64,000 bases of DNA from Podarcis muralis (GCF_964188315.1 NC_135656.1:42656001-42720000), one strand, 5' to 3'; counted from the stretch's first letter, positions 50,616 to 62,579 are shown. Program-made: numbers and translations. Notes: generated from the sequence alone by a model not told the origin.

Positions 50616-51414
50616 AAGGTAAAGGTAAAGGGACCCCTGACCATTAGGTCCAGTCTCAGACTCAGTCTCAGTCAGTTTTATTGCACATAGCCAAAGGCTG
50701 CCGCTATGTACACAGAATTATTTGACAATTAAAAGAAATTATACTGAATTGGTAAAAAAAGACTTAAAACATTTGTATTATTAAAACAATACATACTCTA
50801 AACAAAGCTATAAAAGTACCCCAATGTACAAATAAAAACATTAAACAATAAAATTCATAAGCTAAAATCATCACATGGTCACTAATGTTAAAAACAGTAT
50901 CAATTAATACAGTGTGCAATTTATACTCAGAGTTTGGTGACAAAGATAGAGCATAGCCTGAGGTAGATAGATGGGATCAAATAAATTCATCTCCTTTACA
51001 GTTAATGGCTACCTTGGCTATATAATTTGCTCTAATTTTCCTAGCAGCAGTTGCAAAAAGTGCTACCCGCCAGGTCACATACTTATCTGTGTCTGCAAAG
51101 AGATATAACATCATGTCAAGGGGGTTCTGGTCAGGGGACCCTGTCATTATAGGTACCAAAAATCTTTTTCTTGCATCATGTGGCCAGCATGACTAAGCCA
51201 CTTCTGGCGAACCAGAGCAGCGCACTGAAACGCCGTTTACCTTCCTGCCGGAGCGGTACCTATTTATCTACTTGCACTTTGACGTGCTTACGAACTGCTA
51301 GGTTGGCAGGAGCTGGGACCGAGCAACGGGAGCTCACCCCATCGCGGGGATTTGAACCGCCAACCTTCTGATCAGCAAGTCCTAGGCTCTTTGGTTTAAC
51401 CCACAGAAGCCACC
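50616..51414 (-). mobile_element. Sauria SINE split by a LINE 3' fragment (50656-51170)
   Basis: SINE tail at 50616-50655, SINE body at 51175-51414; the insert has a (tcagtc)n tail and encodes ...LFADTDKYVTWRVALFATAARKIR (non-LTR ORF C-terminus, clade uncertain). Confidence 0.75.
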
Positions 51415-51573
51415 AAAAGGGCTATATTCTCATTGGTTTGTGTTACAGTTTCTTACCTGTGCACTGTAGAAAGAGAGGGCTGGATGTGCACCCATTCAGG
51501 GTGCAGCTAGACCCTTTCATCCAGAAAGTCACAAAGCAGACAGTATCTTAAAAGTGCTCTTTCTTCTCTGTAG

Positions 51574-51687
51574 ACTCAATGATTTTGGACCAGGGATATG
51601 AGAATGCTGAGCCAGAATATGAGTACATCGGGTTTTCTGGCATACAGATGAGAAGGCTACCAGACAACAGAGGGAAAGCAGAGCCAG
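51574..51687 (+). CDS. Lectin-like receptor A, exon 2 (cytoplasmic)
   Basis: tctctgtag|(D)SMILDQGYENAEPEYEYIGFSGIQMRRLPDNRGKAEP|gtgaaa; 114 nt, phase 1 to 1. Confidence 0.8.
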
Positions 51688-51779
51688 GTGAAAGGTTCAA
51701 TGAACTTGACAAATGATATTACAAACTTTTCTAATGTGCTTGGAAAACTCTGGGAATATGCTTGTGCAATATATGAAAC

Positions 51780-52282
51780 TGTCAGGGACTGGGCAGAGGA
51801 GGAATGGTGGAGTCTGCCTCCCTAGCCTGACTCTTCCAGAGAAGAGGAGGACTGTTTAGAATTACAACAGGGATTTGAGGGAGGTCATAGCTCAGAGGCA
51901 GATGAGGGGGAAAGTTGAGAAATAATGGGAGAGGAGGAGGAGGAGGAAGTACCAAGAGGGTGACAGCAGATGGACTCAGTGTCTTTAGAAAGCATTCCAG
52001 ACACACACACCCAGAACCCGTCGAGCCTTGAAAGTAGGAGAGCCAGAGCTCAAAGGCACTTGTCAGCACCTGTAGAGGTGATGAGGATGACGAATAAGGA
52101 AGTGGGAGAGATGGGGTGGGTGTGTGGAGATTCACTTGGGACAACGCCATTATCCAAGAGACTGGGTTCTAAAGCCTCTCTCTGTAAATACTGAATAAAA
52201 AGCGGATGGCAAGAACATTCCTTGCCTTCTTTATATGTTCTTGGGTAAACCGGCCATGGGAGTTGCTGGCAGCAGCCTGACA
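51780..52282 (+). mobile_element. Solo LTR, 503 bp (probably Gypsy-type)
   Basis: TGTCAGG...CCTGACA termini, AATAAA at 52194-52199, flanks gaaac/gaatc (5-bp TSD with one mismatch). Confidence 0.82.
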
Positions 52283-52558
52283 GAATCAGACTTTTTCAAT
52301 TCAAACTGTAATCCCTTAAAATGGGTGGTGAACCTAAAGCCTGGGGGTCAAATGTGGCCCGGCCCTCAGGACACTCACGGAGTCATGCTTCCTCCCCAGG
52401 CCACAGTCCCTGCTTTTTAGCATCCTTGATTGCTTTTCCTGGCTGGAATTTGTCCTTGAACTGTGCTAATGCCTCTTGCTTGCCTGCAAGATTTCTAGTT
52501 CCTGAAATTTTCTGATGCTCCTACAGCTTCTAGGTGGCTTACTCTTCTTTATTTGCAG

Positions 52559-52684
52559 CACTGTATACATTTGAGGATGACAAGCGGGGACCTTTCGTCA
52601 GGAAACCCGTCAGCATCTTCTCACTTCTGCTGCTCTGCTCCCTTATCATGGTGAAAGCTGCTTTCGTGATGACATCTGTTAGAT
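52559..52684 (+). CDS. Lectin-like receptor A, exon 3 (transmembrane)
   Basis: tttgcag|(A)LYTFEDDKRGPFVRKPVSIFSLLLLCSLIMVKAAFVMTSVR|gtaagt; 126 nt. Confidence 0.85.
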
Positions 52685-52874
52685 GTAAGTCCATATCTGG
52701 AGAAGGCTAAATCTTTTTTTGGTTATTACTTCTGTGAAGCTTAAAGCATGATGCACGTTTAAAGCATGGCACGCATGCACCCATCTTTTAAATATCTAAC
52801 ACCTCTCAATTCATTTTATTTAAGAAATGCCAATTGCATACAGCCATGTTACGTTTTAAATGTCTAAAAACTCC

Positions 52875-52913
<39 letters not shown>

Positions 52914-52977
52914 TTCCTTTCTTAAAAGTATACATTGACAACCTGCATTCAGCTACAGAAATCTGAGGACAAAATAG

Positions 52978-53330
52978 ACATAGAATCATAGAGTGAATGA
53001 AGGCCTCAGGCCACCTCCTTCTACTCAACTCAGGACATCCAGAGTTAGAACATCCATAGCAGTTGACTCTCCAGCCTCTAACTGAAGACCTACAATGGGG
53101 GAGAGCCCACCACCGCCCTTGAAAGCTGGTTCCACTGCCAAACTACTCTTACCATCCAGAATGTTTTCCTGTTGTTCAGCCAAAATCTTTCCTCCTGTAA
53201 CTTCAGCTCACTAGATCTGGTCCCGCTTGCTGAGGCAGCAGAAAATGAGCTTCTGTGTGACAGCCCCTCAGGTATTGGAAGAGTGCCACATTTTCCCCAC
53301 CAATTCCCCAAATTAACCAAATCAAACCAG
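52978..53330 (-). mobile_element. CR1 3' fragment (approximate ends)
   Basis: TRSSELKLQEERFWLNNRKTFWMVRVVWQWNQLSRAVVGSP; catagaatcatagag tail. Confidence 0.8.
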
Positions 53331-53401
53331 GATGAATATACCCAGTTCGTAGTTTACACCTTCCTTTCTTCATTTATTTATTTATTTTCCACATCCCTAA
53401 A

Positions 53402-53631
53402 TACAGTAATACCTCATGTTACAGACGCTTCAGGTGACAGACTCCGCTAACCCAGAAATAGTACCTCAGGTTAAGAACTTTGCTTCAGGATGAGAACAGA
53501 AATCGTGCTCCGGCGGCGCGGCAGCAGCAGGAGGCCCCATTAGCTAAAGTGATACCTCAGATTAAGAACAGTTTCAGGTTAAGAACGGACCTCCAGAACG
53601 AATTAAGTTCTTAACCCAAGGTACCACTGTA
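53402..53631. mobile_element. Tigger/pogo-like MITE (family of 11711-11956)
   Basis: tacagtaatacctc...gaggtaccactgta-type TIRs. Confidence 0.85.
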
Positions 53632-54336
53632 TCTTCATTAGCCAGTGGTCCTCACTGAACCCATTTTATTGTCTGTATAACTTTCTTGGACATGGTTATC
53701 CAGATGAGGTCTGACTAGTGCAGAATAAAGTGGGATTATGAATTCGCATGACTTGGAAACTATAGGCCTGTTAATGAGGCTGAAGATTTCCTTAGCCTCC
53801 CCCCCCCCCTTTTTTTTTTTTGCAGCTGAATCACACTGTTGAAATGCATCAGTTTAAAATCATTGCTGATTAGCTGATACTTACTGCAACTCACTTCACA
53901 ATATATGAGAAAATCAGAAATCCTATCTGGAGGGTTGTAAGAACCCCAGAACAGTGTGCAGGGGGAGGAGAGGGGAGATTTTTCTACCTGGTAAGCTGAA
54001 ATACTTGCACTGATGTCTTTCTTGACTTCTTCCTCATTATGGTGAAAGTAGTGAGGAAAGCGGCACACCATCTTAAGGTCAGTGGGGTATGTGGGTTGAA
54101 TGGGAAACCTAAATACCACTTTTGGATTTCCAAAAGGGAGCAGGTCCCCATGTCTCTGCTGTCACACTATCATGTGATTAACTATCATATGATTAAAAAC
54201 TCCTAGATATTGTATCATTTGCTGAATGTTCATGTAGTATGTGACACCAGTCATAGAAATATCGGATGAATGACCAGTGGAACATTTTGGATGCACTTGC
54301 TGTGGGATATATTGTTTAAGGCTCCTTATCTTGCAG

Positions 54337-54482
54337 GCTTTTCAGTGTGTCCAGATGAATGGGTAGCATTTCAGGAGAAATGCTATTACTTTCCCATAAA
54401 AACAGGAAATTGGGGTGAGGTCAGAAGCTTCTGCCGATGGCTGGGTGCAGATCTGATGATAATTGACAACAAAATGGAACAG
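54337..54482 (+). CDS. Lectin-like receptor A, exon 4 (CTLD part 1)
   Basis: ttgcag|(C)FSVCPDEWVAFQEKCYYFPIKTGNWGEVRSFCRWLGADLMIIDNKMEQ|gtgagt; phase 1 to 0. Confidence 0.92.
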
Positions 54483-54941
54483 GTGAGTCTCTCCTGTCCT
54501 GACTCTCTCATCTAAGATGTGGAGATTCAGAGACTGTTGCATAGGACACCCTCTCCTTGCTAGGTAGAAATTACTGCAAGCAGGCAAACAACAGATGGCA
54601 GAGAACTGCTTTCCCATAAAAGCCAGTCCTATGCCCTGATCTGAAGTTGAGACTTAAGTATAGACAGGAGAGAAATTGGATTGAGTTCACACTTTCTGAA
54701 ACAATATATGAACCAAATTCACATTTCCCGAAACAATATGTGAACCAAAGTGCTGTCATCCTTTAAGATTTGCATTTCTCTGAATTTTGCAATGCAATCC
54801 TTGTAATGTGTACAAAACTATATACTAGGATAAACAGTGTATGTAAATGAATATATTACTGAAAAGAACATGCAAAAGTGCTTGGCAAAAATATTGGGCA
54901 GCAGGTAAGGAGTAATTTGATTCTGTTTTCATTTTGTCTAG

Positions 54942-55051
54942 GACTTTCTAATTTATAAAATGGATTCCACGAAGAATCTGTGGATTGGCTTGCATTATGC
55001 AGAGGGTGTACCAGGGTGGCAATGGGTGGATGGTACAGAGTTGACCTTTGA
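54942..55051 (+). CDS. Lectin-like receptor A, exon 5 (CTLD part 2)
   Basis: ttgtctag|DFLIYKMDSTKNLWIGLHYAEGVPGWQWVDGTELTF|gtgagt; WIGL and WQWVDG motifs; phase 0 to 2. Confidence 0.92.
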
Positions 55052-55915
55052 GTGAGTAGAATTCTTCAATGCATCATCCTTTATCTTTACACATTGAGAC
55101 TGAGGCTCAGAAAGCTTTAATTTGGAAGTGTGTTTCCCATAATACGGACAGGAAACAACATATTCACACCAAACCAAACCTTTAAAGCACTCTTATACTT
55201 TATCAGTCATGGATTCACCCAGAGAATCCTGGGAGTTGTGGTGTATTAAGTGTCTCCTAACAGCTGTCAGCACCCATGGCAAAGAATTAAATGTAGGGTG
55301 TTGATGTGACCAGTGTATATATGGTCCGTATGGAGGTGGATGTTACATGGAGTGCCAGCTTGGCTAAAAGACTCCCATGTTAATTCTCCTTCTTCCATCA
55401 GGTGTGGAGCGATAAAAATGGGACTGGGCCAGTATCCCTGTGCTGTATGTGGTGCTTTGATCAGCCGATTGTCAGGGTTTTAGTGTCTAACAATGGGTCA
55501 TATGATGTCATTGTGATGCCAGGTGATTGACAGGCGTCCAGCCCTACCCACCTGTCACACTTGGCCTGTGGGTGGAGGAGATAAGGATTCAACCCCCTAT
55601 TTATATCCTATTCCTCACCCCTGGTCTTTAGTCTAAACAGCAGCTATTTGTATTTATTAGATTTTATAGGTGGTAGATAAAAGCATGAAGGGCATAGCAG
55701 GAAACTTGGATGGAGAAGAAAGAATATGGATCCTGCTGCCACCAGAGCCATTGAAGTAAACAGTACTTCAATATAAATGACAAGTATGTTTGATGTTTGA
55801 TCTGGGACTGGCTGTGTGAAAGCAGCACCATCCTCTTTGGTCAATGTGATGTTCTCTTCTTCACATGCACCACAATCTTAGGCATCTTTATTTAGAAGTC
55901 AGTACCACTGTGTTT

Positions 55916-56257
55916 GGACGCGGGTGGCGCTGTGGGTTAAACCACAGAGCCTAGGACTTGCCAATCAGAAGGTCGGCGGTTCAAATCCCCGCAACGGGGT
56001 GAGCTCCCATTGCTCGGTCCCTGCTCCTGCCAACCTAGCAGTTCGAAAGCACATCAAAAGTGCAAGTAGATAAATAGGTACCGCTCCGGCGAGAAGGTAA
56101 ACGGCGTTCCGTGCACTGCTCTGATTCGCCAGAAGCGGCTTAGTCATGCTGGCCACACGACTTGGAAGCTGTACGCTGGCTCTCTCGGCCAATAAAGTGA
56201 GATGAGCGCTGCAACCCCTGAGTCAGTCACGACTGGACCTAATGGTCAGGGGTCCCT
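55916..56257 (+). mobile_element. Sauria SINE, full length
   Basis: ggacgcgggtggcgctgtgggttaaaccacagagcctagg ... ggtcaggggtccc. Confidence 0.92.
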
Positions 56258-56437
56258 GTTTAAGGGAGATTTCCTCCCGGGCAAAGTGTTCCTAGGATTG
56301 CGGTCACCTGCAGTTGATCCTACTGCTCAGAATCTGCAGAAAATTCGAGGCCAGCAGCTGTTTCTTTCCCAACTTCAAGCTCTGTCCCCTGTCATCACCC
56401 TGCTGGTATGTGACTCACGCTGTTTTATCTTTTTCAG

Positions 56438-56627
56438 AAACTGGGAGACGCCCGATAACATTCAACTTACCGACAAATATAATTATAAGACCCATTGTGT
56501 TCTTACTTCAGATGAAGCCTCAAAGGGCAAGTGGAACAACATTCCCTGTGATAAGCTCCATCTATCTGTCTGTGAGAGGGACAAGGAGGTGACCTGCGTT
56601 CTGCAGTCTCCACTTTCACCCCACTGA
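56438..56627 (+). CDS. Lectin-like receptor A, exon 6 (CTLD part 3, stop)
   Basis: tttttcag|(E)NWETPDN...THCVLTSDEASKGKWNNIPCDKLHLSVCERDKEVTCVLQSPLSPH*; six-exon CDS of 789 nt. Confidence 0.9.
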
Positions 56628-58882
56628 AATGATTTGCTTTATTTTTATTCCATAGAAACAATTTTAAAAAAAAGATAATTATACAAAGCAAATACAGAAG
56701 AAAAGCAAAAGCAACTTGTAGCAAGGACATACACCAGTCAAACAGATGTGTCACTGCTGTGAAAACACGTGCTCTATTCCTAACAGTATTTCATGAATTG
56801 TTTCCATTGTATTAAAAATCAACAACTGCAAGGTGAGACAACCAACCAAGTATTCCCCAAAGCTTGGGTTAAAAGGTGTGTCTTGTTAGAATCCTAGAAA
56901 CCAATTCAAATACTAATTAGACTCAGGCATGCTGTTTATATGAGGCTGGTTATCCCACAAACTGCCTCTCAAGCAAATGTAGCAAATGCATGCACAATTA
57001 ACGACCCACTCAGAGTCCCATCTTGACTTGAAGGTTTTCAGAACTGTCTCTTGGTAGTGGCTTGGTCAGAATATCAGCTGTCATTTCTTTGGTTTGACAA
57101 TACACCACAATTCAACATGTCTGTCTTGTATTACCTAATGCACATGGTAGTTTTTAACCCTAATGTGTTTAGTTCTTGCATGTAGCTTTTCTTTGTGATA
57201 ATTTCAAACAGCTTTAATTGTGCTCCATCAACTGAACAGGTTTCTGCATACACAACCCAAAGCCCATAGTTAGTTGGTCAGTTAAGACCAGTTCTCTACA
57301 TACCTCAGTTGTACCTATATACTCTCTTTCTTGGAAAAAGCTGGTAGCTATGCATGGCTCCCAGCTCAACAAAATATACATGCAAGCAAATTTTCCTAGC
57401 TAGAAGATTTACACAGCCTGCATGTCTTTGTTAACACAAAGACCGCATGATCCTTTTGTAATGAAACCATATTCTTTTCCTTTTAAATTGTTTGGAACCA
57501 TTTTTCTTCTTTATTTTTACTTCTGATGGACAGAGACTTGTTTACTGTAACTACTGAAACTTTGTAAGTAAAATCTTTATTTATTTACAAAACAAGGTGT
57601 CTGTGATTTATTCTAGCCTACGTATTTTTGTGGGGACCATTGGTTTAAAGGTGGATGAAGGCAGATGCAGAATCTAACTGAGTTTTAATGTGCTTTGTAG
57701 CAATCGGCCTATCTCTGCGAGGAGAGAGGAAGAATCTCTTCCCCAAACTTCTATTTCCAACATCACATCTTAGTATGCCATTTAAATATAAGCAGATGGT
57801 GCCATGCACACATCTAAAAGGTAGGGATTCCAATAGTCAAGAGGTCACCACAGAGAAGGCTCTGTTGCAAACCACTGTCCCAGAGAGCACCCCAAAATTA
57901 CAAACTTACCCTTTCTAGAGGAGTGCCCATCCCAATACACAAGGAGGCTCACTTCCTAGACTCAACAACGTGGCACACACATTTATCTTCCTCTTCCAAC
58001 AAGCTTTATCCAAGTTTTCATCTGTATTAAAACTATTTAAACTACTTGTATGTATGCAATTGTTTTTCATTGTTTTATATATGAAGCTGTTTTTTCCTGT
58101 TTCCTGTTTTGTGGTTGCAATTGTTTTATAACTGCATGTATTAATTTTGCAAACCACCCTGACACCTAGCAGAAGAGAGATCTGATAAATAAAATGGACC
58201 TCTGTCTTGTCTGGATTTGATTTCAGTTTATAGGACCACCCACCCCACCCCCGCACGCACACACACACACCCAGCCCATTGTTGAACAAATGGGTGACAA
58301 AATGGAGCCCTGTGGGACACTGTGGATAATTTCTCAATGTAAATCAATAAGATAAAAAACAAATACTTATAAATAACAACAGCAAAGAAAAGAATACAGA
58401 TGAAATTACTTTTCCAGAAAAATGCTGTGCACAGATGGAGTGTGCGTCTTGCTAGTGTTAGGGCAAATGAAAATTTTGGCAGATACCTGGGTGATCAACC
58501 TTCTTTCAGACACCTCCAGACATTTATTATGATAATTTGAACCTTTGTTTTGCGGTCCCTTTCTTTTCTCAAATAACATGAAGCCTGATCACTTGCTCTT
58601 TCATTAAGAGCCCACTCATAGTTGTCTGAACCTTTTGTAACGAATCAGCTTCAGTCTCTTCCACAGTTCAGCCATAATTAGCTAGGACCATCCCATCCTG
58701 CTTTGCTACATTCAGCCATGACAGTTGCACTCCCCTTCCTGAGCATTAGGAGTGGGGCAAGCGCCTGACATTTCTGTGGTTTGTTAGAAAGGAAGCTGAT
58801 AGTGATAGACAGCAAGCACAAGCATCCGGCTACTAAGCTTAGCTGCTCTGAGAGGCATTCGAGGAGAAGAATCAAACCCATC

Positions 58883-59000
58883 ATGGATGACGGCTATCAG
58901 AATGAAGACTATTGGAATGAAGATTACCAGAATGACATTCTTTCAGACAGATTTTCTCAGAATGCTGAAGTTTCCTCAGAGTCAGAACCTGGAAGCGCAG
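58883..59000 (+). CDS. Lectin-like receptor B, exon 1 (cytoplasmic)
   Basis: atcATGG; MDDGYQNEDYWNEDYQNDILSDRFSQNAEVSSESEPGSA|gtaaat. Confidence 0.8.
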
Positions 59001-59555
59001 GTAAATCAGGGTGGCAGTGGAAGGAAGCAGGAAGGGAGGAGAACGGGAAATTCTCAAAAGGCTGTTCTAGTTCTGCTGCTGTTGTGTCCACATCACATAT
59101 AAAACACACAACTCCCTATGTGAGTGATCTAACAAGGTTATCATTCCTAACTGTAATTCTCCTCTATACTCATTACTCCTCTATACTCTAGTAATTCTCC
59201 TCTATACTCTATACTCATTAGGACTAGATCATGCTGCCACAGTTATCCAGTCTTGGGAGGCTGTTTAGTAAGATTGCAATAAACAGTCACAGTTGCTGCA
59301 GCAGTTGCAGCATGGTCACATTAACATGTTAGCCTCTTACTTGCTATCAGCACAAGCATTCTTAATATTTACATTTGCTAATAAGCTTCTTTTGCCCCAG
59401 TTTTGGCTCTTTGAATGATATACTATTCCACAATGAGTGACAAAGCTGGACATGCCCACTTCCAGTGGGTAGGAAGACCATGAAATCTGGAAAGTCACAA
59501 CGGAGAGCCAAGTAGGCAATCTCTTTAAAAAAAAAAACACCTTTTCTGTCTCTAG

Positions 59556-59672
59556 AATCAGTGGTTGTGGACCAGCAAGGATATAAGAATGCTGCGCAGG
59601 AATATGAGTATATCGGGTTTTCTGGCATCCGGCTGAGAAGGCTACCAGAGAAGGGAGAGGAAAGAGAACCAG
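59556..59672 (+). CDS. Lectin-like receptor B, exon 2 (cytoplasmic)
   Basis: tctctag|(E)SVVVDQQGYKNAAQEYEYIGFSGIRLRRLPEKGEEREP|gtgaaa; 117 nt. Confidence 0.8.
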
Positions 59673-60285
59673 GTGAAAAGAATTAACATACCTCCACAAA
59701 TGGCACAAATAAATGTTTTTAGTCTCTCTATTGTACTGCAATCTGAAGAGGAGCACAAATAATATCCCCCTTCCTCATTAGACTTTAAAAAGCCTGTGTT
59801 GCCCAATTCAGACACCAGTTACACTGTTCATCTACTTCCCTGTCCCGCTTTGGGCTCTGATGTATTGGAGGACCACATGAACATTGTTGTTGTTCTCATT
59901 CCTTCCGTTTCCAAAATTCAGAGGAGCCTCATGTAGCTAAAATGGCACCGTCCACACACAAGAGGGAGGTATCAGAAGCTTTGGGGAAACCTCAAGGTTT
60001 TCCAGAAGGACAAAAAATATTTTGAAACCCAGAATGAGCATGCTCAGTAGGCATGGAACGCTTGCTGTATTTTGGCAGGGGGGAAGAGGGAAACCTGGAT
60101 GGAAGGGAGACTAGCCAATCCCTCTTCCCTGTGAATCCTGGGAATTGTAGCTCTCTGAAGAGAACCCTTAACAAATCAAAGAGGCCATGATTCTCTGAGG
60201 GAAGCCTTCTTTATTCTCAATCGTCCTGCTCCTGAAATCCTGTGGTCCTCCTTGAGCTTCCAGGTTTATTCTTCTTTATTTGCAG

Positions 60286-60411
60286 CACTGTTTACATCTG
60301 AGGACGGCAAGTGGGGACCCTTTGGCAGGAAACCCTTCATGATCTTCTCAGTTCTGTTGCTCTGCTCCTTGATCATAACAACAGCTACTCTCATAATGGC
60401 ATGTCTTAGAT
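60286..60411 (+). CDS. Lectin-like receptor B, exon 3 (transmembrane)
   Basis: tttgcag|(A)LFTSEDGKWGPFGRKPFMIFSVLLLCSLIITTATLIMACLR|gtaagt; 126 nt. Confidence 0.87.
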
Positions 60412-60617
60412 GTAAGTTCAGATCTGAAGAAGGTAAAATCTTCTGGATATTACTTCTGTGTAGTTCCACCTGCCCCACCCCACCCCCAGAAGTACATAGT
60501 GCTGAAGGAGGAAGTAGAGAGAGCGACACTCTGTCCCACTTCCTCTTTCAGCTCTATGTATTCAGCTGTATGTATTCCTCTTTCAGCTTATATGTATTGT
60601 TGCACACCACTCCAATC

Positions 60618-61084
60618 TCTGAGAAGTGCCTGGATTCCAGGGGTTTCAGATGTTTCCTTCTGGAAACGAGGCACAGCAGAGACTGTGGTGTCTTTATGAT
60701 ATATTTACCCATATATGCAACCTGAGCCTATGATGGAGGGGTTCACAGTATCAACACGCCAAAAAGTTCTTGCTTCTCCCATAGCTGCAGTTTTGGATTG
60801 AAGCAGAAATCAACTATGGCCCACTCTCGGCCTTTCCAGCCTGCAGCTTTTTCTCCAGCTTCTAGTTCACATTGCAGCAAACTCTGCCCTCAAATTCAGG
60901 CTTTGCCCTTCTATCTATTTGAGAGCTGAAGGAGGAGCCCTCCCATTTGCCATTGGACACAGAGCCCTCTTTCCTTTATTCTCTTAATGGCCCATCACCT
61001 TTCTTTTGTTATCTGAATGGCCCCTCACCCAGGCAGTTAGCCTGACTTGCTGGATCCAGTGAATAAAGAGGTCTGGCAACCACA
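60618..61084. mobile_element. LTR-like repeat, related to 42856-43330
   Basis: Shared blocks with the other copy; ends in ...ggcaaccaca. Confidence 0.55.
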
Positions 61085-61296
61085 AACTAATAACATTGCT
61101 TTTCAAGGCTCAAATCAGCAGCTGAAAAGAAAACTGACAAGAGAGAATATGAGGGAAAGGAGGAGGAGCAGTTTGAGAGACTAGGGGGAGGAAAATGGAG
61201 TCCCTGTGAGGAGGCAGGGTGAGAACAAAGACAGAGATCAAGAGGGACACACAGAGAGGAGGGGATGGAATGCTGGAGCAAGAGAGATGAGAAGTT

Positions 61297-61297
<1 letters not shown>

Positions 61298-61360
<63 letters not shown>
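61298..61360. repeat. Compound (CT)n(CA)n microsatellite
   Basis: Direct reading. Confidence 0.95.
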
Positions 61361-61362
<2 letters not shown>

Positions 61363-61450
61363 ACTGGTAAAAGAGATCCTCTTGGAATTACATGTTTTTT
61401 TCACATATCTCCCCAGCACACACAGCCAAAGTCAAATCACAGATCACATC

Positions 61451-62207
61451 TGTCAGAGACTGCCTCCAGGTCCCAGCTCACAGAGGACCAACGCTAGCCA
61501 GCGGTAATATACAAAAGTCTTTATTAACGTACATTATCCATTTTCAAACCCTAGCGTGCGTCTCTACGTCTAGACACTAGACCGGCGAAGCTCCGTCTGA
61601 GTCTCCGCCCCCTGTACACCAGCTTAAGACTCTAGCCTTACTCCACCTTTTCCGTCTCTCCTTCCGCCTCTGGGTCCTACCACCCCCCGGGGTCCCTTCC
61701 TTCCTGGACGCTTCGGAGGCGGACCCCTCGGACTCTTCCCCCTCCCTTCGGCGGGCTTTAGGACCTGGCTCCCTCTCCGGGCTGCTCATTGCGCCACCCT
61801 CTTGTACATTTGAACTTGGCGCGCGCGCGCTGCCTCCGACCTTCCTTTTGACCATTTCCTCGCTCTCTGATGCAGGCGTGGCTAACCCTGACTCATGTCC
61901 TTCCGCTGACGGAAAGCTGCCTGATGCCGATGCCTGGGACTCCTCCCCCCTACTGCTCTCCGGTGGGGAAGCTGGTCCCGATTTCCAGCTGCTGCTCTCT
62001 GAGTCCCCTCTGGCCCCTCCTTCCTGAGGTGTTCCCTCTGGCAATCCCCTAGCTCTGACCACGGGAGCCCCTTTCTGTGAATCCTCCGATTCGCTGGAGA
62101 GACTTAGAGACCTCGGGCGGCTCTCATCGCTCACTTCCCCCTCGGATTCCTCCCCCTCGGTCTCTAATTCCTCCCTTTCCTGTCCCTCTGCTCCTGAGCC
62201 CCTGACA
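61451..62207 (-). mobile_element. Solo LTR, 757 bp (probably Gypsy-type)
   Basis: TGTCAG...CTGACA termini, perfect 5-bp TSD acatc (61446-61450, 62208-62212), AATAAA on the minus strand near 61520, many CpGs retained. Confidence 0.9.
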
Positions 62208-62433
62208 ACATCTTTCTCCGTTAACTGAACCCAGATTTTTATGGTTCGTCCTTAGGTGATGATATTTCACACACACACCATCTGGATAAGGCAAAGGGAC
62301 TGGTTTTGAAATGTGTGTTTATTGGCAATTATGGTAGTGTATGACTCCAGGCACAATAGCATCCTTTGACTAGCAAAACATCTAAGATATATTCATGCTG
62401 GGTAGCATTAATCAACATTTCCATATATTGCAG

Positions 62434-62579
62434 GCTTTCCAAAGTGTGCAGATGACTGGCATGAGTTTCAGGGAAAATGCTACTACTATTCCACAGAAAA
62501 AATGCAACAGAATACAGCTAGAAGTTTCTGCCAAGCCCTAGGTGCAGATCTAATAGTGATTGACAGTGAAGATGAACAG
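62434..62579 (+). CDS. Lectin-like receptor B, exon 4 (CTLD part 1)
   Basis: attgcag|(C)FPKCADDWHEFQGKCYYYSTEKMQQNTARSFCQALGADLIVIDSEDEQ|gtaatt; 146 nt. Confidence 0.92.

Noticed and set aside
53908-53990. Possible neck exon for receptor A (KSYLEGCKNPRTVCRGRRGEIFLP, donor gtaagc)
   Set aside because: The only phase-compatible acceptor creates TAA with the TM exon; the TM exon joins CTLD exon 4 in frame without it.
62238-62258. Possible 21-nt micro-exon for receptor B (YFYGSSL)
   Set aside because: Frame-neutral, but the donor (gtgatg) is weak and A has no counterpart; not supportable without RNA data.
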